Shown in pieces: positions 26,359 to 41,331 of a stretch of DNA of 64,000 bases. Under the pieces are notes generated by a model. It worked only from the letters and a program-made list of their open reading frames with translations, was not told where the DNA came from and made no database searches. The translations under genes were made by a program, and so were the position numbers. How positions within the stretch are numbered: the first letter of the stretch is position 1; each line of letters starts with the position of its first letter. The stretch comes from Adineta vaga (taxonomy: Eukaryota > Animalia > Rotifera), in contig CP075492.1 of the NCBI GenBank assembly GCA_021613535.1, positions 4,278,001 through 4,342,000 on the forward strand, in the 5' to 3' direction.

Positions 26359-28939
26359 TTCATTACATTTACTTTGATCATAGAGTAGAAAAAAAATATC
26401 TAATTATCTATTTTTTTAACATTTTTTCAAAGATGTCAGCAGCATATAATATTCAATATTGTTTTCAGGTTGACCGTATCCTGCAGTGCTCTAAGTGTGT
26501 TGTTGAGTCGTGAATGGCGTAAATGTGTGTATTAAGGTATATACATGGTTTGCATGTCTGTATACCGCGAATATTCACTGATCTTAGTCAAAAATAACAA
26601 GATAGGGCATAAAAATGTGGATAAATTAATTTGTAAGTGATTTTAGCACGCTCTTCTTATTTAGAGCCATTTCATGGACAAATCGTCCCTCCTCCTTTAA
26701 TAAAACAACGCTTATTTTGTTACTAAGAAAAAACAAATTGGTCCATCACATATACCCATTCGAATGCATAAGATCAAATCAATGTCTTGACAACAAAAGT
26801 TCGAGCTTTCGTTGATTTTATCTTTGCTTTCCATACATCAGATATATTTTCAATAATTAGCAATATCTTCTATCTTCGAAAAAGAATCTTATTCATAGTA
26901 GGAAAATGGAAAACAATCATTCTACTTCATCCTAATCGACAAGAATGACAAACAACATGTCGACCTTTATAACTTTCTCATTTTCCAAATGTCAATCTAA
27001 ACTTTAGATTGATGATAATAAAATTTCGGAAATCTAGCTTCTTTCCGAATGATTATTGACGTCATCAACAACGTGTTGTATGTTTTGAGGAAAGATACTA
27101 CAAACGTCAAATAAATAATCATTCCAAACATGCAAATTGATTTATTTTCGAAGAAAACATTTTATTAATAGTCAGCTAATCTACAATATATCACAAAATA
27201 GTCAGATTCAAGGCTTACAAATATAGAATGCATGTAAATGTTATGACGTCGTTTTTCCGATCGAAAAGGACTATTGAATGAAAAGCATTTATGTTCATAA
27301 CGATATTTTCACTGTATAATCAACTTTTGTGTTTCTGCATGAATGAATTTTTGTTATTTAACCAATCTTAAATCGCATTGTTTTGCAAGATCTATTCTTC
27401 TTCTTTTGAACCCTATTTGACATTCATTGAAGGAAAGGAAATGTTCAATAAAATCCTTTGTGTATTATGATTGGAATACTAAGGAGATAGAAGAGGAGGA
27501 CAAGGAGGAAAAAAGCAATCGAAATATTTCCCACTCGTCTTACTTCGTTTCTCTAATCAGTCGGAAAGAAGATTTCTTGTTTTCGATTTTGATAATGTTC
27601 ATTGAAATTTATATCGATGCGATTTTTCTCTATACTAACTAGCATTGTATATCGTTGACTAGTTTTAGTTCAAGAGATATTTTACAAAAAAAAACTAGAA
27701 ACTATTGCATGAGTACTGATGATTATGGTAGTTTGCATCAAAAAAATAAAATGAAGTGATCTGTAATAAGCTGTATAAGAGTATTTATAATCTGGTGTGA
27801 AAATAATAGTGATCAATTTCACCTGATTCGTAAATACACAATAGAACTTAAAAATCTATCGTGATTATAAATCACAAAGGTCACATTGATCTTTTGTTTC
27901 TACTCTCATAAAACTGTCTTCATCGATAAATTTTTTTTCCTATAAATTCATTGGACCGATTGAAGATTATACACAAATCAATGGAAAGATTTGCAATTTC
28001 ACATCGAACACTTTGCTGTTATTGATTTCAGTACATCACCAAACAAATGCAATCATGTAAATTGGAGTATTGTGTCCTGAAAGTTCGAGCATAATATTAG
28101 CATATTATTAGTTATTATTTTCTTTCCTTTCAGCACTTACATACATGCACAAGAAGAAAAATCTTTTTATAGTAAATGTATTTCAGAATCAAACCATAAA
28201 AATAACCAGATGAGAGGAAATTCCTGCACTCGAATCTGTATTTAAAGACAATTAATTTATACGAATTATTTGACTAAGACAAGGATAAAATGTAAAATGA
28301 CTATATCAAATAGATCAATGTTTGATGTTGTTTTTGTAGATCATTGAATAGTAGAAAAGAATTTTCATCATCATAATTATTTCTTAAGTCTGGCTCTCGG
28401 CATTAAATTACGAAAAAAGAAGAGAAGAGAAGAAAAAAAAGAAGAAGAAAAAGAAAAACGAAAACTCAGACATTTAAAATAAAAGAAGTCAGACAATAAA
28501 AAATAATGAAATAATTGCGAGAAAGAAGGAAAAGCACACACGCATACATTTACAAAGAAGAGAAAAGGAAACGCGCAAGTTAGATACGTCAAAGAAACAA
28601 CAAGAACAACATTGACGACAAGCAGCCAGAAGAGAAAAAAAGAAAGATACACCACACACATACGACAGCAAAAGAAATCAAGCCGTCTCTGATCAATATA
28701 CTTGACTAGTCGCACTCTAGATAGATTGAAAATAAGAACAAAAAACAAAAAAAAGAAAAAGAAAAAGCAAAAATATGAATAAAAAGAAGATCGACCGGCG
28801 CTTGTCGAGATTGACAAAAGAAAACGAAAGCTAAAGAAACAAGAAGCTGAGCGACGGCGATACTTGGTATCTGGATATACGCGAGAACAGTTTTTTTTTA
28901 TAAAAGAAAAAACGTAATAAGTAATTGTATATGTTTTGT

Positions 28940-30465
28940 CTAATAAAGACCACTGGCACGGAGATTGTTTGTTATGATGACATCAGTAACAGCATCACTA
29001 GAAGGAAAAGAGAAAAAAAATACTCTCATTAACTTTCTTTATTTTCATGTAACTTACAAGACAAATTGAACATTTTGGGTGTCTGTAGCGCACGTTAGAT
29101 GACAATAGATTTCCTGAAAGAAACGAAATTTTCGTTTTTTTCTCGTTGCATAGAAAATGTTTTAATCACAAACTTTTTGCTCGCTTTTATTTTGTGCCAC
29201 GAATTGAGCTTGGATATATTCGCTTGCTTCAGTGTATTCATCTTTACCTTGATATTCTGGAAAACATTTTCTGAAGAAAAAAAGAACATTCATTTTTTTT
29301 TAATCATGATTTTTGTAAGAAGATTTTCTTTTTTACCTTAAACTTGATCGCATTATTTTTTCAGCAAATAAATCTTTCTTGTTTAAAAAGAGAATAATCG
29401 ATGTATTAACAAACCATTTATTGTTACAAATTGAATCGAATAAACGAAGAGATTCATGCATACGATTAGTTGTTTCATCTTCGACGAGTACCTGAAGAAA
29501 GATTTCATTTTGAAATATGCAACGTAAAAACTAATAATTCAGAAAACTCTTACTTGATCGTATTCACTCAAAGCAACAATAAAGATAATTGCAGTTACGT
29601 CTTCAAAACAATGAATCCATTTCTTTCGTTCCGATCGTTGACCGCCCACATCAAATACACGAAAGTTCAGATCTAAATTCATCAATATTTATCCTTTGAT
29701 TTCCATTAACAAAAGAAAAAACAAACCTTTAAATGTAAAGTTAATCTCGACAATACCAGTTGTCTTAACTCGAGTACGTAAGATATCTTGAATACTTGGT
29801 AAGTATTGTGGTAAACCAATTTCATCTAATTTATCCAGAAAATATTTCGCTGAATCATTTAATTGATATTCATTGGAACGAGTAAAACATTGTTGAACAC
29901 CAACATCATTCCATAATTTTTTCATCGCATCAAGTAATTCACTTTCAAAAGGTTCAGTATCGGCCATACGAGAGATTTTGTCTAAGACTAAACGGAAGTA
30001 TATGATTTTTCTTTTCAAATGAATCAAATTTCTTGCAAAAAAATATGATCTTACCCATGGCAGCATCTCGTTCTCGATCATTTGAACCAAATTGTATATT
30101 AAGAGTTTCCATAGCTCGTATAATTGTTGCTAAGGATTGTATTGTATTTGAATAGACAACTTCTCGATACTGTTCGAAATCTTCTTTGGAATAACCATCC
30201 ATATGAATAATTTTCATTTGTTTTAATATTGTTGATTTACCAGATTCACCAGCACCTATTTAAGTATTAATTAAAAGAAAAAAAACAATCGTACACAGTT
30301 CTTTTTTCTTTTGAAGAAAAAAAACAAAGAATTTTTACCGAGCAAAAGTAATTTGACATCTTTTGCTGCACGTTCGGCATCTTCTTTCAATTGTTTATCT
30401 AAAGCTTTACTTCGTTCCATAGCTTCACGCTCTTCTGAGCTCAAACCAGATGCACAAAGACCCAT
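28940..30465 (-). CDS. Heterotrimeric G protein alpha subunit, Gi/o family (Go-like), multi-exon
   Basis: MGLCAS (myristoylation motif), [47 protein letters not shown]-terminus NNLRASGLY*. Confidence 0.95.
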
Positions 30466-33400
30466 TCTTGATGGAAGTAGCTTTTTACGTAACTAAAAAA
30501 ACAAATAGATTAATTTTGAGAAAAAAAATTTTTTCTTGACAATTAGTTCGATTTTAGAAAGAAAATGTCTCTTGACTGTTGCTCATTCAGCTTATTTTCT
30601 TCAAGTATTTCTTTCCTCTTCGAAGAAAATAACAAAGTGCTTTTTGTTATTTTCCCTTACTTCCGTTTATCGACACACACATAGAAATACTACAGAAAAA
30701 CGCCTTCGGACTCATTTACTTTTTGTATTCTATAGATATATATATATATATATATGTATACATAACATAACGTGTTTCTAACTTTGATAATCGGGAAAAT
30801 GTTACAATCGCGTGCTAAAAATCGCCGTAACTAATTAAGGAAAAATCGTTTTTCTTCTAGGGAATTCTCTTTAATTTTTGATTAAATTCAATCATAGAAG
30901 TAAAGAACAAACCTCCGACATGCATTGATTTTCAAATATTGTTTATGATATTCTCTACTTCGTTTTCTACCATTGTTCTTTATCTATTTTCTATTAGTTA
31001 TAAATAGTCAAACTATTTTGCATTTCATCATCATCATCATCTTCTTTTTTTTCTTGTAAGATTCTCCTATTTCTCTTGTTTTTTTTTCTTTCTTACCGAA
31101 AGGGAACCTTGCAAAAACGTATGCGTGTGTAGTGTATATTATTTGACAGATATGTTGAACAAGAACAGAAAGATTTCTCCTACTTACCATATTGAACTAC
31201 TTTTATTTGAAAACTATCAAGAAGACACATGCTTATGTTAACATTCTTTTGTACTAAATTTATTTTCTTCAAATGTCTCCATACTACGTCATTACAGCGG
31301 ACTATTTCCTTCTTTTCTCTTTCTTTACATTCTTTCTTTTTTTTCTCCTCTTCTTTCTCATTACGTGCTGACGGACGGATTTTTTTCTTCTGTCGAACTA
31401 TCGTTGTCACTAAAAAACAGGACTAATACAACCATGGAGATAACAAACATCATTAGTTCTTGTCTTCTACTTTAACCTAAGATAGTTTAACATAATGAAC
31501 AAATAAAAAAATGAAACAAAATAAAAGATTCCTATAATTAATTGAACACTCAAGAAAAAGAGAAAAAAAAAAGTTTTTTCGGTTTCTATGGTAAAGCTAA
31601 AAATTCAAATTACCTGAAAAGGGATATATATATATATATTTGTATGTGTGTGTATGTAGTGTAATGAAGATTGACTTTGGTCTTGTTAACTGATGTTCAA
31701 TAATCTACATTTGAAAGAATAATAAATGAGATAATTGAATTTTAGATTAGATACGTACTGTTTAAATTTTAAATAATAAAACATTGTTTGTTAGATTCAT
31801 CGGAGAAATTTTGTAGATCTAAAAAATCAATGCAATCTTAATTTTCTGTCGAGATATATTGTTGATACTTGTGAATTAAAGAAATACGAACAAGAAGAAG
31901 AAGAAAAAAACCGATGGAATTCCTTTTACTATTAGATGTTAGTAGTGATGGGAGAACTAATATTGTTGTTATTGTGTTGTGGGTTGTCGCCTACTCTACT
32001 ATGCACACTACAGAGATAAAGAGAAAAAAAACGAGAAGAGATAGAAGAGAAAAAGCTTTGCTCTATATAAGATGCTTCGTTTTTTTTACGGAAAATTCTT
32101 TCTTTCTCGCTATTTAGCCAATAAGCAGTGGTTGGATCTGAACTACTCGCGTTTGCTCGTTTGCTTATCGCAATTTTTTTCCCATTCTTTTCTCCTTCTT
32201 TTTCTCTCGTAATAGAGTAGATAATAGTTCACACTCGTCGTCGGTCGGGTAACAGCTGCCGACGAGCTATCCTCTCGTCCGTAGACTCTTCGCTGATGCC
32301 GCCTTTCTGCCTTTTTTTTCCTCTCTTCTTCCTTTTTTTTTCTTGTCAGCCAGTAACAACGACGGACGAACGGTCTGTAGTACGACGATAGAATTTCTTC
32401 TTCATTAATGTGATTAGACTGCTGCTATTGCTTGACGGCATGCAGCGTTCTGTACGACCATCATTGTCGAGCAAGCAACGCCACAAGATAAGAGCGGTGA
32501 TGGTGCTGTTAACAGAGAGTACTATTGCCATCCGTATTCAATAGAAAATATTAGTAGAGGAAGAGGAAAAAGAGACGATACATGCATACTCAGGCGAGTA
32601 GACAGACAGACAAACGAGCGAAGATGTCAAAATATAAAAAGGAAAGAAGAAGAAGAAAAAAAGAAGAAGAAGAAGAAGAAGATAGACAGAAACTTGATTA
32701 TACTGACAAAGAGATTGCAGTCGGCGAACACTCTAATAAATAATATTTCTGTATATTTATATCAAGATAAATTAGACTATCTTTCCGACTCATTGATTTC
32801 TCTCGTATCTTCAATTATACGAACCAAAATATATATCATGACTTATTAATATGCAGATCTATTGACAAACTTCTCTGGGGATCTAATTAGAAATTTTCTT
32901 GCTTATTCTTCTCCTGAAGATATTCTCATCAGAACAATGTTGAGATATCGATAATAGAAAAACCTTGTTTAATATCAACATCAAATAAAACGCAGTATCA
33001 AACCTTCGTCAATAATTCACTAAAGAAAACGAGAGAGAATCATACTCAAGGTTACATTTATACGTTATGTGAGAACAAAAACAGCTGGTTAAACTCGTTT
33101 TTACTGTCTAAAAAAGCGAATGAAGAAGAAAAATTTTGAAATCATTGATGTCATATCTTTATTCGTGCTGAAAGAAAAGACTATACCAAATATATTTTTT
33201 TCTTTTGAACAATTATTCTTCGGTGGATTACTTTGAAAAAAGATATCATTACTTACGACATGTTGCATTCTATTAAAATCTATTTTATTGATTTCAAATC
33301 GAGAATATTCGAAACTAGTTTGCCTGATCTTGAAAGATTGAAAAAATGTCGTTCAAGTTTATATATCACGAGAAGGTTTCTTTTTCTCCTATTAAAAATC

Positions 33401-34901
33401 TTCTAAGAAGCTTTGCATTCTCAAATATTATTTTCATCGAGACAAATGACACTCTAAGTCGGATGAATAAATTTTTCTACAAAAAAAAAGAAAAGAAAAA
33501 CTTTTTCTCCATAAAACTGACTCTTTATTGACAACAAAAACTTTTTTTTTTGAGAAAATACAAAAGATTATCATGAAAAACTAAAACAAATATGTCAGTA
33601 TGTTATAGTTAAATCTTATATGTAAATGCATTTATTGAAAGGACATGTCATAGAATATCCGGTTGTTCTATTGACATAACAAGGTATGAACATATTGAGA
33701 AAATCAAGTTTAGATTCTTTTCTTCCGATCGTATGTTTTACTATAACAAATGTTGTGTGATAGATAGAATTTCAATGTTTATCAAAGGTTACCATATAGA
33801 TTCACAAAATGATCTGTTCGTTCTGTTTTTCTTCATCGTAATGAAATCTTATAATGAATCTTCGATAAATAAAAACTGAACTGACATAGAAAGGATTCTT
33901 ATCAATATCTTTCTTGTCAGATAAAAATGTCGCATAGAGAATTCTTGTTCGATGGATAGATGTTGTTGATAGTTTTCTAATTAGAAACAAACCGAATGTC
34001 ATACAAGTTTTGTCCATTGTGTAAATTGGTTTCCAGGTGGTTATTTAAGTAACAGATAATTTGTTAATATATAAACCAGATGAGGAAATAACATTCAACA
34101 ATATAAATGAAAGTTTGGATATATCGTTGTCAAATGATCATATTGATTTGTGATATGAGAAATCGAACTTCAATTTTGATTTATTGTTAACAAATAAAGT
34201 ATCGAAAGTTTACCTTGAGATAGATCTAATGATTATTTATAGGATGTCATATGGACATCAAGTTAAAGATAATTAGTTTGTGTACATATTCGTCTTGTGA
34301 TGATGATAATATTAATCATCTAATCAAAAGAACAAACATTCGTATGAGAAAATTATTTTAATCATAAAAAGTACCGATTAACGTGATTATTTTAAAATAG
34401 AATGTATAGATGAATTACATCGAAAAAGATTCGTCTCATTTCCAGGGAATTGATTTCCTGATTTGTAAGATAGAAACGGAAACAATCTTTTCTAATAGAT
34501 ATAAAGCACAGTTTGATTACTATCATTCTAACATTATTATACACGACCGAACGAAGTCATTTTGTCGACAAGCTAGTCGATTTCATCTATAATTATATTT
34601 AATGTAAAACGAATGACTATTTCATTGAACTTTTATTACATATTATTCATAATTAAGAACTATACTTACACACAGTTATCCAACGAGGATAACATGTTTA
34701 AGTATCTTCGTTTTACAAATGTTTAAGTTCAATCTAGATCTGGAAAAATGTCATCAATATCTATATTTAATCTAGTCGAGGGAAATTCATGAGATAGAAC
34801 TACTCGAAAGTTTTTCAGTACAACCATAAAATTTTGAACTCATATAGTTCTTTCGTTGAAAGAGAGTAGAAAAGCAAATTTAAGTCACATAGTTAGTGTG
34901 G

Positions 34902-35986
34902 TTATCTATTCCGTGATGTTGGTTTTTTTCGAGAAAAAGCATTGAGTGCTGTGATTTTAACGCCTAATTTTTTAAATCTTATGGATGGTTTTGTTGTTGG
35001 GATTTCGATTGGAATCGGTGGTACGATTTTTGGTCGTGGATTTGGATCGTAGAGATTGAGAATATTATGAACAGATATTTTAGAATTGTCTCGTCGGTTG
35101 ATAGAATAGATTGTTTGAATATCTTTCGATGGTTGAATGTATGTATATCGACTATGTAAGAGATGTAATAAATCCGATGGTAAATAGTCGGAAATGTATC
35201 GTTCTTTGATTAATGAACGTAACATTTCTGAATGATTTTGTATGATTTCTGACGAAATATTTTCAAACAAATTCTCGTAAGTATATTGTTCAGATGGTAT
35301 ACTCTGTTGGAATTGAACACGTAAATGTTTTGATTGACAATTTGATTTTTGTCTAGAAAATCAATTTATACTTCGAAGAATTTAAATTTCTCTTACTTTT
35401 TGATTTTCATATCATCGTGAATATAATCGAATACGTTTTTATGTTGAATATAATCTCGAGCAAAAGGCGATGCATTTGTTTTAGTTAATAGAATGAAAAC
35501 AAGATCATATCGACCACAGAAAGCAGCTAGAAATATCGATCTATCGAATTTGACTTTTTCTTTCTCCAAATTTATCTTACCGAAAAGTAATGGAGTAAAT
35601 CCGAGATTATTCCTTTGATCAATTTCAATGAAGAATTGTTTATATTTTTCGATTAATTTCTCAATCAGTTGAATATTATTCTCACAATAGATAATAGCAT
35701 AATGAAGAATTGTATTACCTTGCTGATCTTTTGCACGATAATTGAGATTTAAAGATTCTTCTTCTAATAACAATTCAAATAATCGATAACGTTGATAACG
35801 AAGAGAGTACATTGATATATTACAACCAAATTCATCGCAAAGGTTTGGACGAGAACGATAACTCGATGAGAATAATGTATGCAGTAAAGTTTCCTTTGGA
35901 TGGATACATGAATGAATAAGAGTAGGAAGTCGATTTTGAGTTTTAGGTTTATTTGAAATTAGTATGGATGATCGAGACGTTTCCAT
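34902..35986 (-). CDS. Ankyrin-repeat protein (3 exons)
   Basis: DQQGNTILHYAI, NNLGFTPLLFAAFCG (after splicing), DEFGCNISMYS repeats. Confidence 0.75.
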
Positions 35987-36569
35987 TATGATTTATGATT
36001 ATCATCTCAACTGTTTATCTAATCTATAGAAGTATTGAATGTCAATAAATGTTCTTCTCTAATTTATCGTTGTTATTGACGATGAGAGATATGGAACATT
36101 ACATGTATACGTTGAAAGAAAAGTTTCAAGATGAAAATCTGATGTGCAAACAGCAATCTTCATTGTTTCTGTCAAATATCTATTATCTTGGGAAAAAAAT
36201 ATACAGTTCAATGCAGTCGATAGCAATCAATTGATTCCACCATTTCTTGATAATCTCACAAAAAATATCGAAACCATTTGTAGCCGTTTTTCCTGATAAA
36301 TCAATTAAAATACTATCAAAGAATAACTATTCCATTTTATTAAGTAGATTTTATATTGAACAAAGAAAAAACACATAACACCTTGTTCATCTCTAAGAGT
36401 TCTCGCCTAAACTGTAACAACACACACACACACACGGCAAAAAAAAGCGATAACAAATGAATAAGAGTAGAAGTGTGTCATAGCATAAAAACAATATTTA
36501 CGTATATATATTCACAAGAGAGATTTTCTCGATGAGAAAAACAAACATATAACAATTAAGAATGTATTC

Positions 36570-37920
36570 TTAACCAATGATTTCCACGTAATTTGATGGA
36601 AGTAATCCTTGTTTGCCTGTTCGAGGATGACGTCCTAACATCCAACCAGCATCGATATGTTCACATTCAATAATAGTTTCTCCTTCTGCAAAACTAATTT
36701 CATCAGATTCAGCAGCTGTATATGAATAAAGTGCACGAACTTTCATCTAAACATTTACAAAAAAAAAGGTGTTTTCATGAAAAGTTCATAAAAAAAATGA
36801 TCTATTTACTAATGCGGATCGAGCATTATTATGATTCCCATTGCCATTATCAGATTTGTGATTATTGTTCTGATTCGTATCGATTTCTATACGAAAGAAA
36901 TGAGCAATGTATAAGAAAGAATTTGATGATCGTACTAGTAGTATGCATAGCTTTCGATGTTGGTTCATAACCACGTGATAATGAACCACGATCATCATTG
37001 ATTGGATCATAATCAGCAACTAGAATTATTTATCAGAAAAAATTTCGAAAATTATACAAAAATCAAACTTACCACGACCAACTCTTAATTCTGAAGAATT
37101 ATATTTTGACATTGAACCATTGTTATCTATATGAAAAGAATTGTTTCGTGTGAAAAAGTAAATCAATTTTTCTTTTACCATTCGAGATTATTTGCGATGA
37201 ACTTTCTTTTCGTTTACCAGTATATTCTGCTTGACTAACAATACGTTGTTGTTCTTTTGCTCGTGTTAAAGCTGGATCGTCAGCTACAACAGTAAATTTT
37301 CCTTTACTTTTATTAAAATCTTCATGATATTTGGCCTAGAATTTAAGTCATTTTCTTTTTCATATTCGAAAAACGATAATAAAATTTACATTGCTTTGAA
37401 TATCTGTCAATAATCGAATACGTTGCATTTCAGGATTATCAACAACAACAGTTGGTTTTGGTTGTGGATAATGTCTAAATAAAATGTTCATTTTCAAACA
37501 GGAACATAACTTTGAGAAAATACTTACGCATGGCAATAGGGCATTTTTTCATAACCTTTGAGATTCTTCACATTGAGAGTCATTCCACATGCTGTGCATT
37601 TCAAACATCCTCTATGCCAGCACTGAAATGAAAAAAAAAGGAGAAAGATTAGAAATTAAATCAACTAAGTAAGCAAGCGTTATTAGCATGTGAAAATAAT
37701 CGTGCTATACTTTCAGTTTGTAAAAAATGGGGAAAACTGATTAGAAATAAAGAATACATACGTGATTTACTATCTTGTCTAAGGACAAAATGATCGAGAA
37801 ACATGAAAACTATCGAATAAATGGAAATGGGCTATTTACTTTATCAAGACATTTGATTTCTTCTGTTGGATAAACAATTTTTTCGCATCGACTACATTTC
37901 TTATTTGGCACAACTGACAT
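36570..37920 (-). CDS. LASP1: LIM and SH3 domain protein (LASP): LIM + nebulin repeats + SH3
   Basis: [35 protein letters not shown]; nebulin-like [18 protein letters not shown]; SH3 [20 protein letters not shown]; ATG 37920, TAA 36570-36572. Confidence 0.93.
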
Positions 37921-38039
37921 GATCTTTGCCGTTTCAAAATCAATAATCTGGAACAAAAAGACACCTCGAAGGAAAGAAAATGATATCTCTTTGTTACGTC
38001 AATCAAATCGATAGAGAAACAAATAATGATATAAAGAAG

Positions 38040-38245
38040 ACCCAGAACATTGATTGATTGATTACTTTTCTCTTTACATCAATGATTGACCAATGAAAAA
38101 ATCGAGAGCATAAAATAGTTTTGTAAAAAAATTCAAGATTTATCTTATCAAAATATCTTTTCTTTTCTCTAAATATTTCCGAGAATTAAGTACTTATATA
38201 TAGCGCTAGTTGCTGATTGATTGATAGTTTGACCAATCAGAGAAC
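38040..38245. promoter_or_regulatory. Probable bidirectional promoter between LASP1 and Nup93 with CCAAT-like boxes
   Basis: ~430-bp divergent gap containing GACCAATGA (~38088), GACCAATCAG (~38231) and GATTGATT repeats. Confidence 0.4.
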
Positions 38246-38353
38246 TGAATATTGAGAGAGTTTTTTCTTCATTGATACTGATGATAATAATTGACAAGTC
38301 TGTCGTCAGTGAATTTTGAAACATACTTGAACAATATTATTTTATTGTTCTAG

Positions 38354-41331
38354 ATGTTTCTCTCAACTCCATCGGCTTCATTTAATCTAACAAGTATTGA
38401 AAAGAAATTAGCTGCAATTGAATCAACACCATCAGTAACTACTTCATATACAACTAAAACCACAACTCGATTAACAAAAGTTAATAATGAAACAGAATTA
38501 GATGCACATTTAAAAAGTGAAAGAGCAGCTTTCAATGATGAACAATTTGAGTATTTCACACAACAAGTAAGAACAAGATCTTTTCATGATTATTGAAACT
38601 AACTTTTCTTTTTGTTCTATAGTCGTTGACTCTAGCAGATACTGATTATTGGGAAGAAATCTTCAATGATAGTTTAAAACGACGTCGAAATTTAATTAAT
38701 TGTCTATTAGCTGATGATCTTCGTCCTCGTTCCATTTCATCCTATGATTCAGCATTATCAACAAAAGTTTGTTTTATCTGACAATTTCATTCTTTTATTT
38801 ACTTGACATTTTTCTAGACTGCACACATATTAAATGATTCGACAACATCTCCATCATCTTCGGATTTCAAATCGGTTAGTATAAAGTTTTAACAAAACAA
38901 TCTATCTAATCCTATATTCGATAGAATTGGATATCTCAATCAAATCAATCATCCGTATTTAATGATTTATCATCTATCGAACAGCAATATGCTCAGACAG
39001 TAAGTCATCGAATTTCCAATCAAACAAAATTCTAAATTATTTTTTTATTTATAGCTTATCAGATACAATCAAACGAGAACATCAGAAGGTACAAGTGATG
39101 GTGATCAATTAATTCTACAATATAAACAAGTCGCTAAGACTTGTGAAACACAAGTAATTTCCATCATAGATTCCTTCAGTCTTCGAAAAAGATTTGTTTC
39201 TTTGTCTAAAATTAGGTAGTTGCCGATATGTGGCATGCTGCTGAATGGATGTCAGGTGTACTGGATTATGATTATCAAAAAAATGATTTATTTCATGCAC
39301 AACGTGCGGTTGTTCTTTGTGCGCGTGATTATCTTGAACGAAGTTTTCGTCAAGCATTAGAAGTCACCTATAATGATATTGATTTATATGGATGTTTATT
39401 ATCATTTATTACATCTAATGAAAAAATTTCCGGTCTACAATCCGTAGATGATCGTCTTGTTGATGGAGTATCCGCATGGCCATTGATTTTTTATGCATTA
39501 AGAGCAGGTGATAATGATCTAGCTTTGAAAATTATTCAAAAAGCAAAGTAAGAAATACTTTTCAACGAATTTGATAAAACAAATCAATGGATTTCCTAAT
39601 TCTAGTTTACCTCATGTTCGAAATCTACTTGAAAATTATCTTTCAAAAGATCAGACAACAATAGCTAATGTTTCGACAACGACAGCTGCAAATAAATCAT
39701 CCAATATTCAAAATATTGAATATAGTCTTGTAGGAAATCCTTACAAACGGTATTATTCTTTTCTGTCAATATGTTCAAAAACTTGACAATCTATTTTTTC
39801 ACTTCTAGTGCTGTGATATGTATATTAGATCGAACGAATTTAGTCGATGCACATGAAGATGTTTTATTATGTATCGAAGATTTTCTCTGGATAAAATTAG
39901 CTCAAATTCAAATCGTTAACGAAACAACTTTTCATGATCGTTCTAATGTTCAATTAACTATTCCACGACTTCAACGTTGGATTCTCCGAGATCTTGGTGA
40001 AGAATATTTCAAAGCTTATGAACAACCATTTCGTTATGCACGTGTTCTTCTTCTTTGTGGTGCATTGGAATCTGCGTGTGAATTTCTTTTCAAAATTCCT
40101 ACAACAAAAGTTCATTCAATTCATTTAGCAATTTATTTCAATGAAAAATATCTCCTTGGATTAACATCATCAATTGATGAATGTATGATTATGATTGCAG
40201 GAAGTTCTCAACAGAATAAAACGAGTACAGCGTTGAATTTACCGAAATTAATTGAAACATATTTGAAAGAAAAATTAATTCATGATCAACGTCGATATTG
40301 GGAATTGATTAATTATGCATATGCATTAATTAATATTGAACATTTAGAAGCGGGAACAGAATTTCGAAGGTTATTAATTGATTTAACAACAAAATTAGAT
40401 GATTTACATATTGTATATGGAAAATGGATTATTGTTATAGATAGTGATGATAATGATGGAGTTGATGAAAATAAAACTGTTCAACTTGAACAAGGTACGA
40501 TCGATAATATTTCAGAAATATTTTCTATATACAAATGACATTTAGGTCTTTTACATCGATTATTTTCTCATGTTGATGATCCTGATATAGATGATATTTT
40601 AATCAATCTTGCTACAACCATTGATGAACATCATCGTTCTCATTTACTTGTTGCTTCTGCTCTCTATGAACTCGCTCGTGAGTATTCTTCATCCATTCGA
40701 CTTGCTTCTGAATATATAACACAAATCATTCTGGATCGTCTATTGATTTCTTCATCTACATCAACACCATTACCATTTGTATACGAATTAGCTCAACGTC
40801 TTCAAATTCTACCAGAAAGTCAAGTTAATGCAAACAAACAAAATTATTTCTTATTATTAGATATCTATGCTTTTGTTGATTATTACTTTCGAATTGGACA
40901 ACATGAACGTGCTTTTATTGTTTTAAAACAATTGAAATTATTTCCTTATGGTAAAGATTATGGTGAAGATGAACAAGTTCGACAATTGTTAACATCAAAT
41001 AAATGGGTATGATTTGTATTGAAAATCTTTTCATAATGCAACGTTGTTTTTGTTTTCCTATTTTTAGTTACAACAATTGTTTCCTCATCTTTGTATCGCG
41101 GCACTTCGTACGCATTTAGCAGTCATTCAACAACAATCAAATTCATCCTTGAGTGAAGAAGAAAAGAATCAATATGAATTCTATCGTCGAACAGCGTCAA
41201 CAGATTTAACTCATCTAGCTGAATTTGCTCATATGCAATCACAATTATTCACACGAACACAACTACGTTCCATCGATCGGCTTTGTGAACAAGCAAATCA
41301 ATATTATGATCAAGATATGTCATTTCATTAA
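38354..41331 (+). CDS. NUP93: Nuclear pore complex protein Nup93/Nic96, multi-exon
   Basis: ARDYLE, WPLIFYALRAGD, NPYKRAV, IEDFLWIKL, PFRYARVLLLCG..E, VHSIHLAI match the Nic96 pattern. The ATG follows an AG acceptor, so the start may lie further upstream. Confidence 0.8.

Noticed and set aside
28377-28817. 146-aa Phe-rich ORF
   Set aside because: Low-complexity T-rich 3' UTR of the G-alpha gene.
34675-34693. GTTATCC-n5-GGATAAC inverted repeat
   Set aside because: Short and isolated, with no context suggesting function.
36049-36350. Coding-like remnant (..NAVDSNQLIPPFLDNLTKNIETICSRF)
   Set aside because: Contains stops and no recognisable family; cannot be supported without a search.
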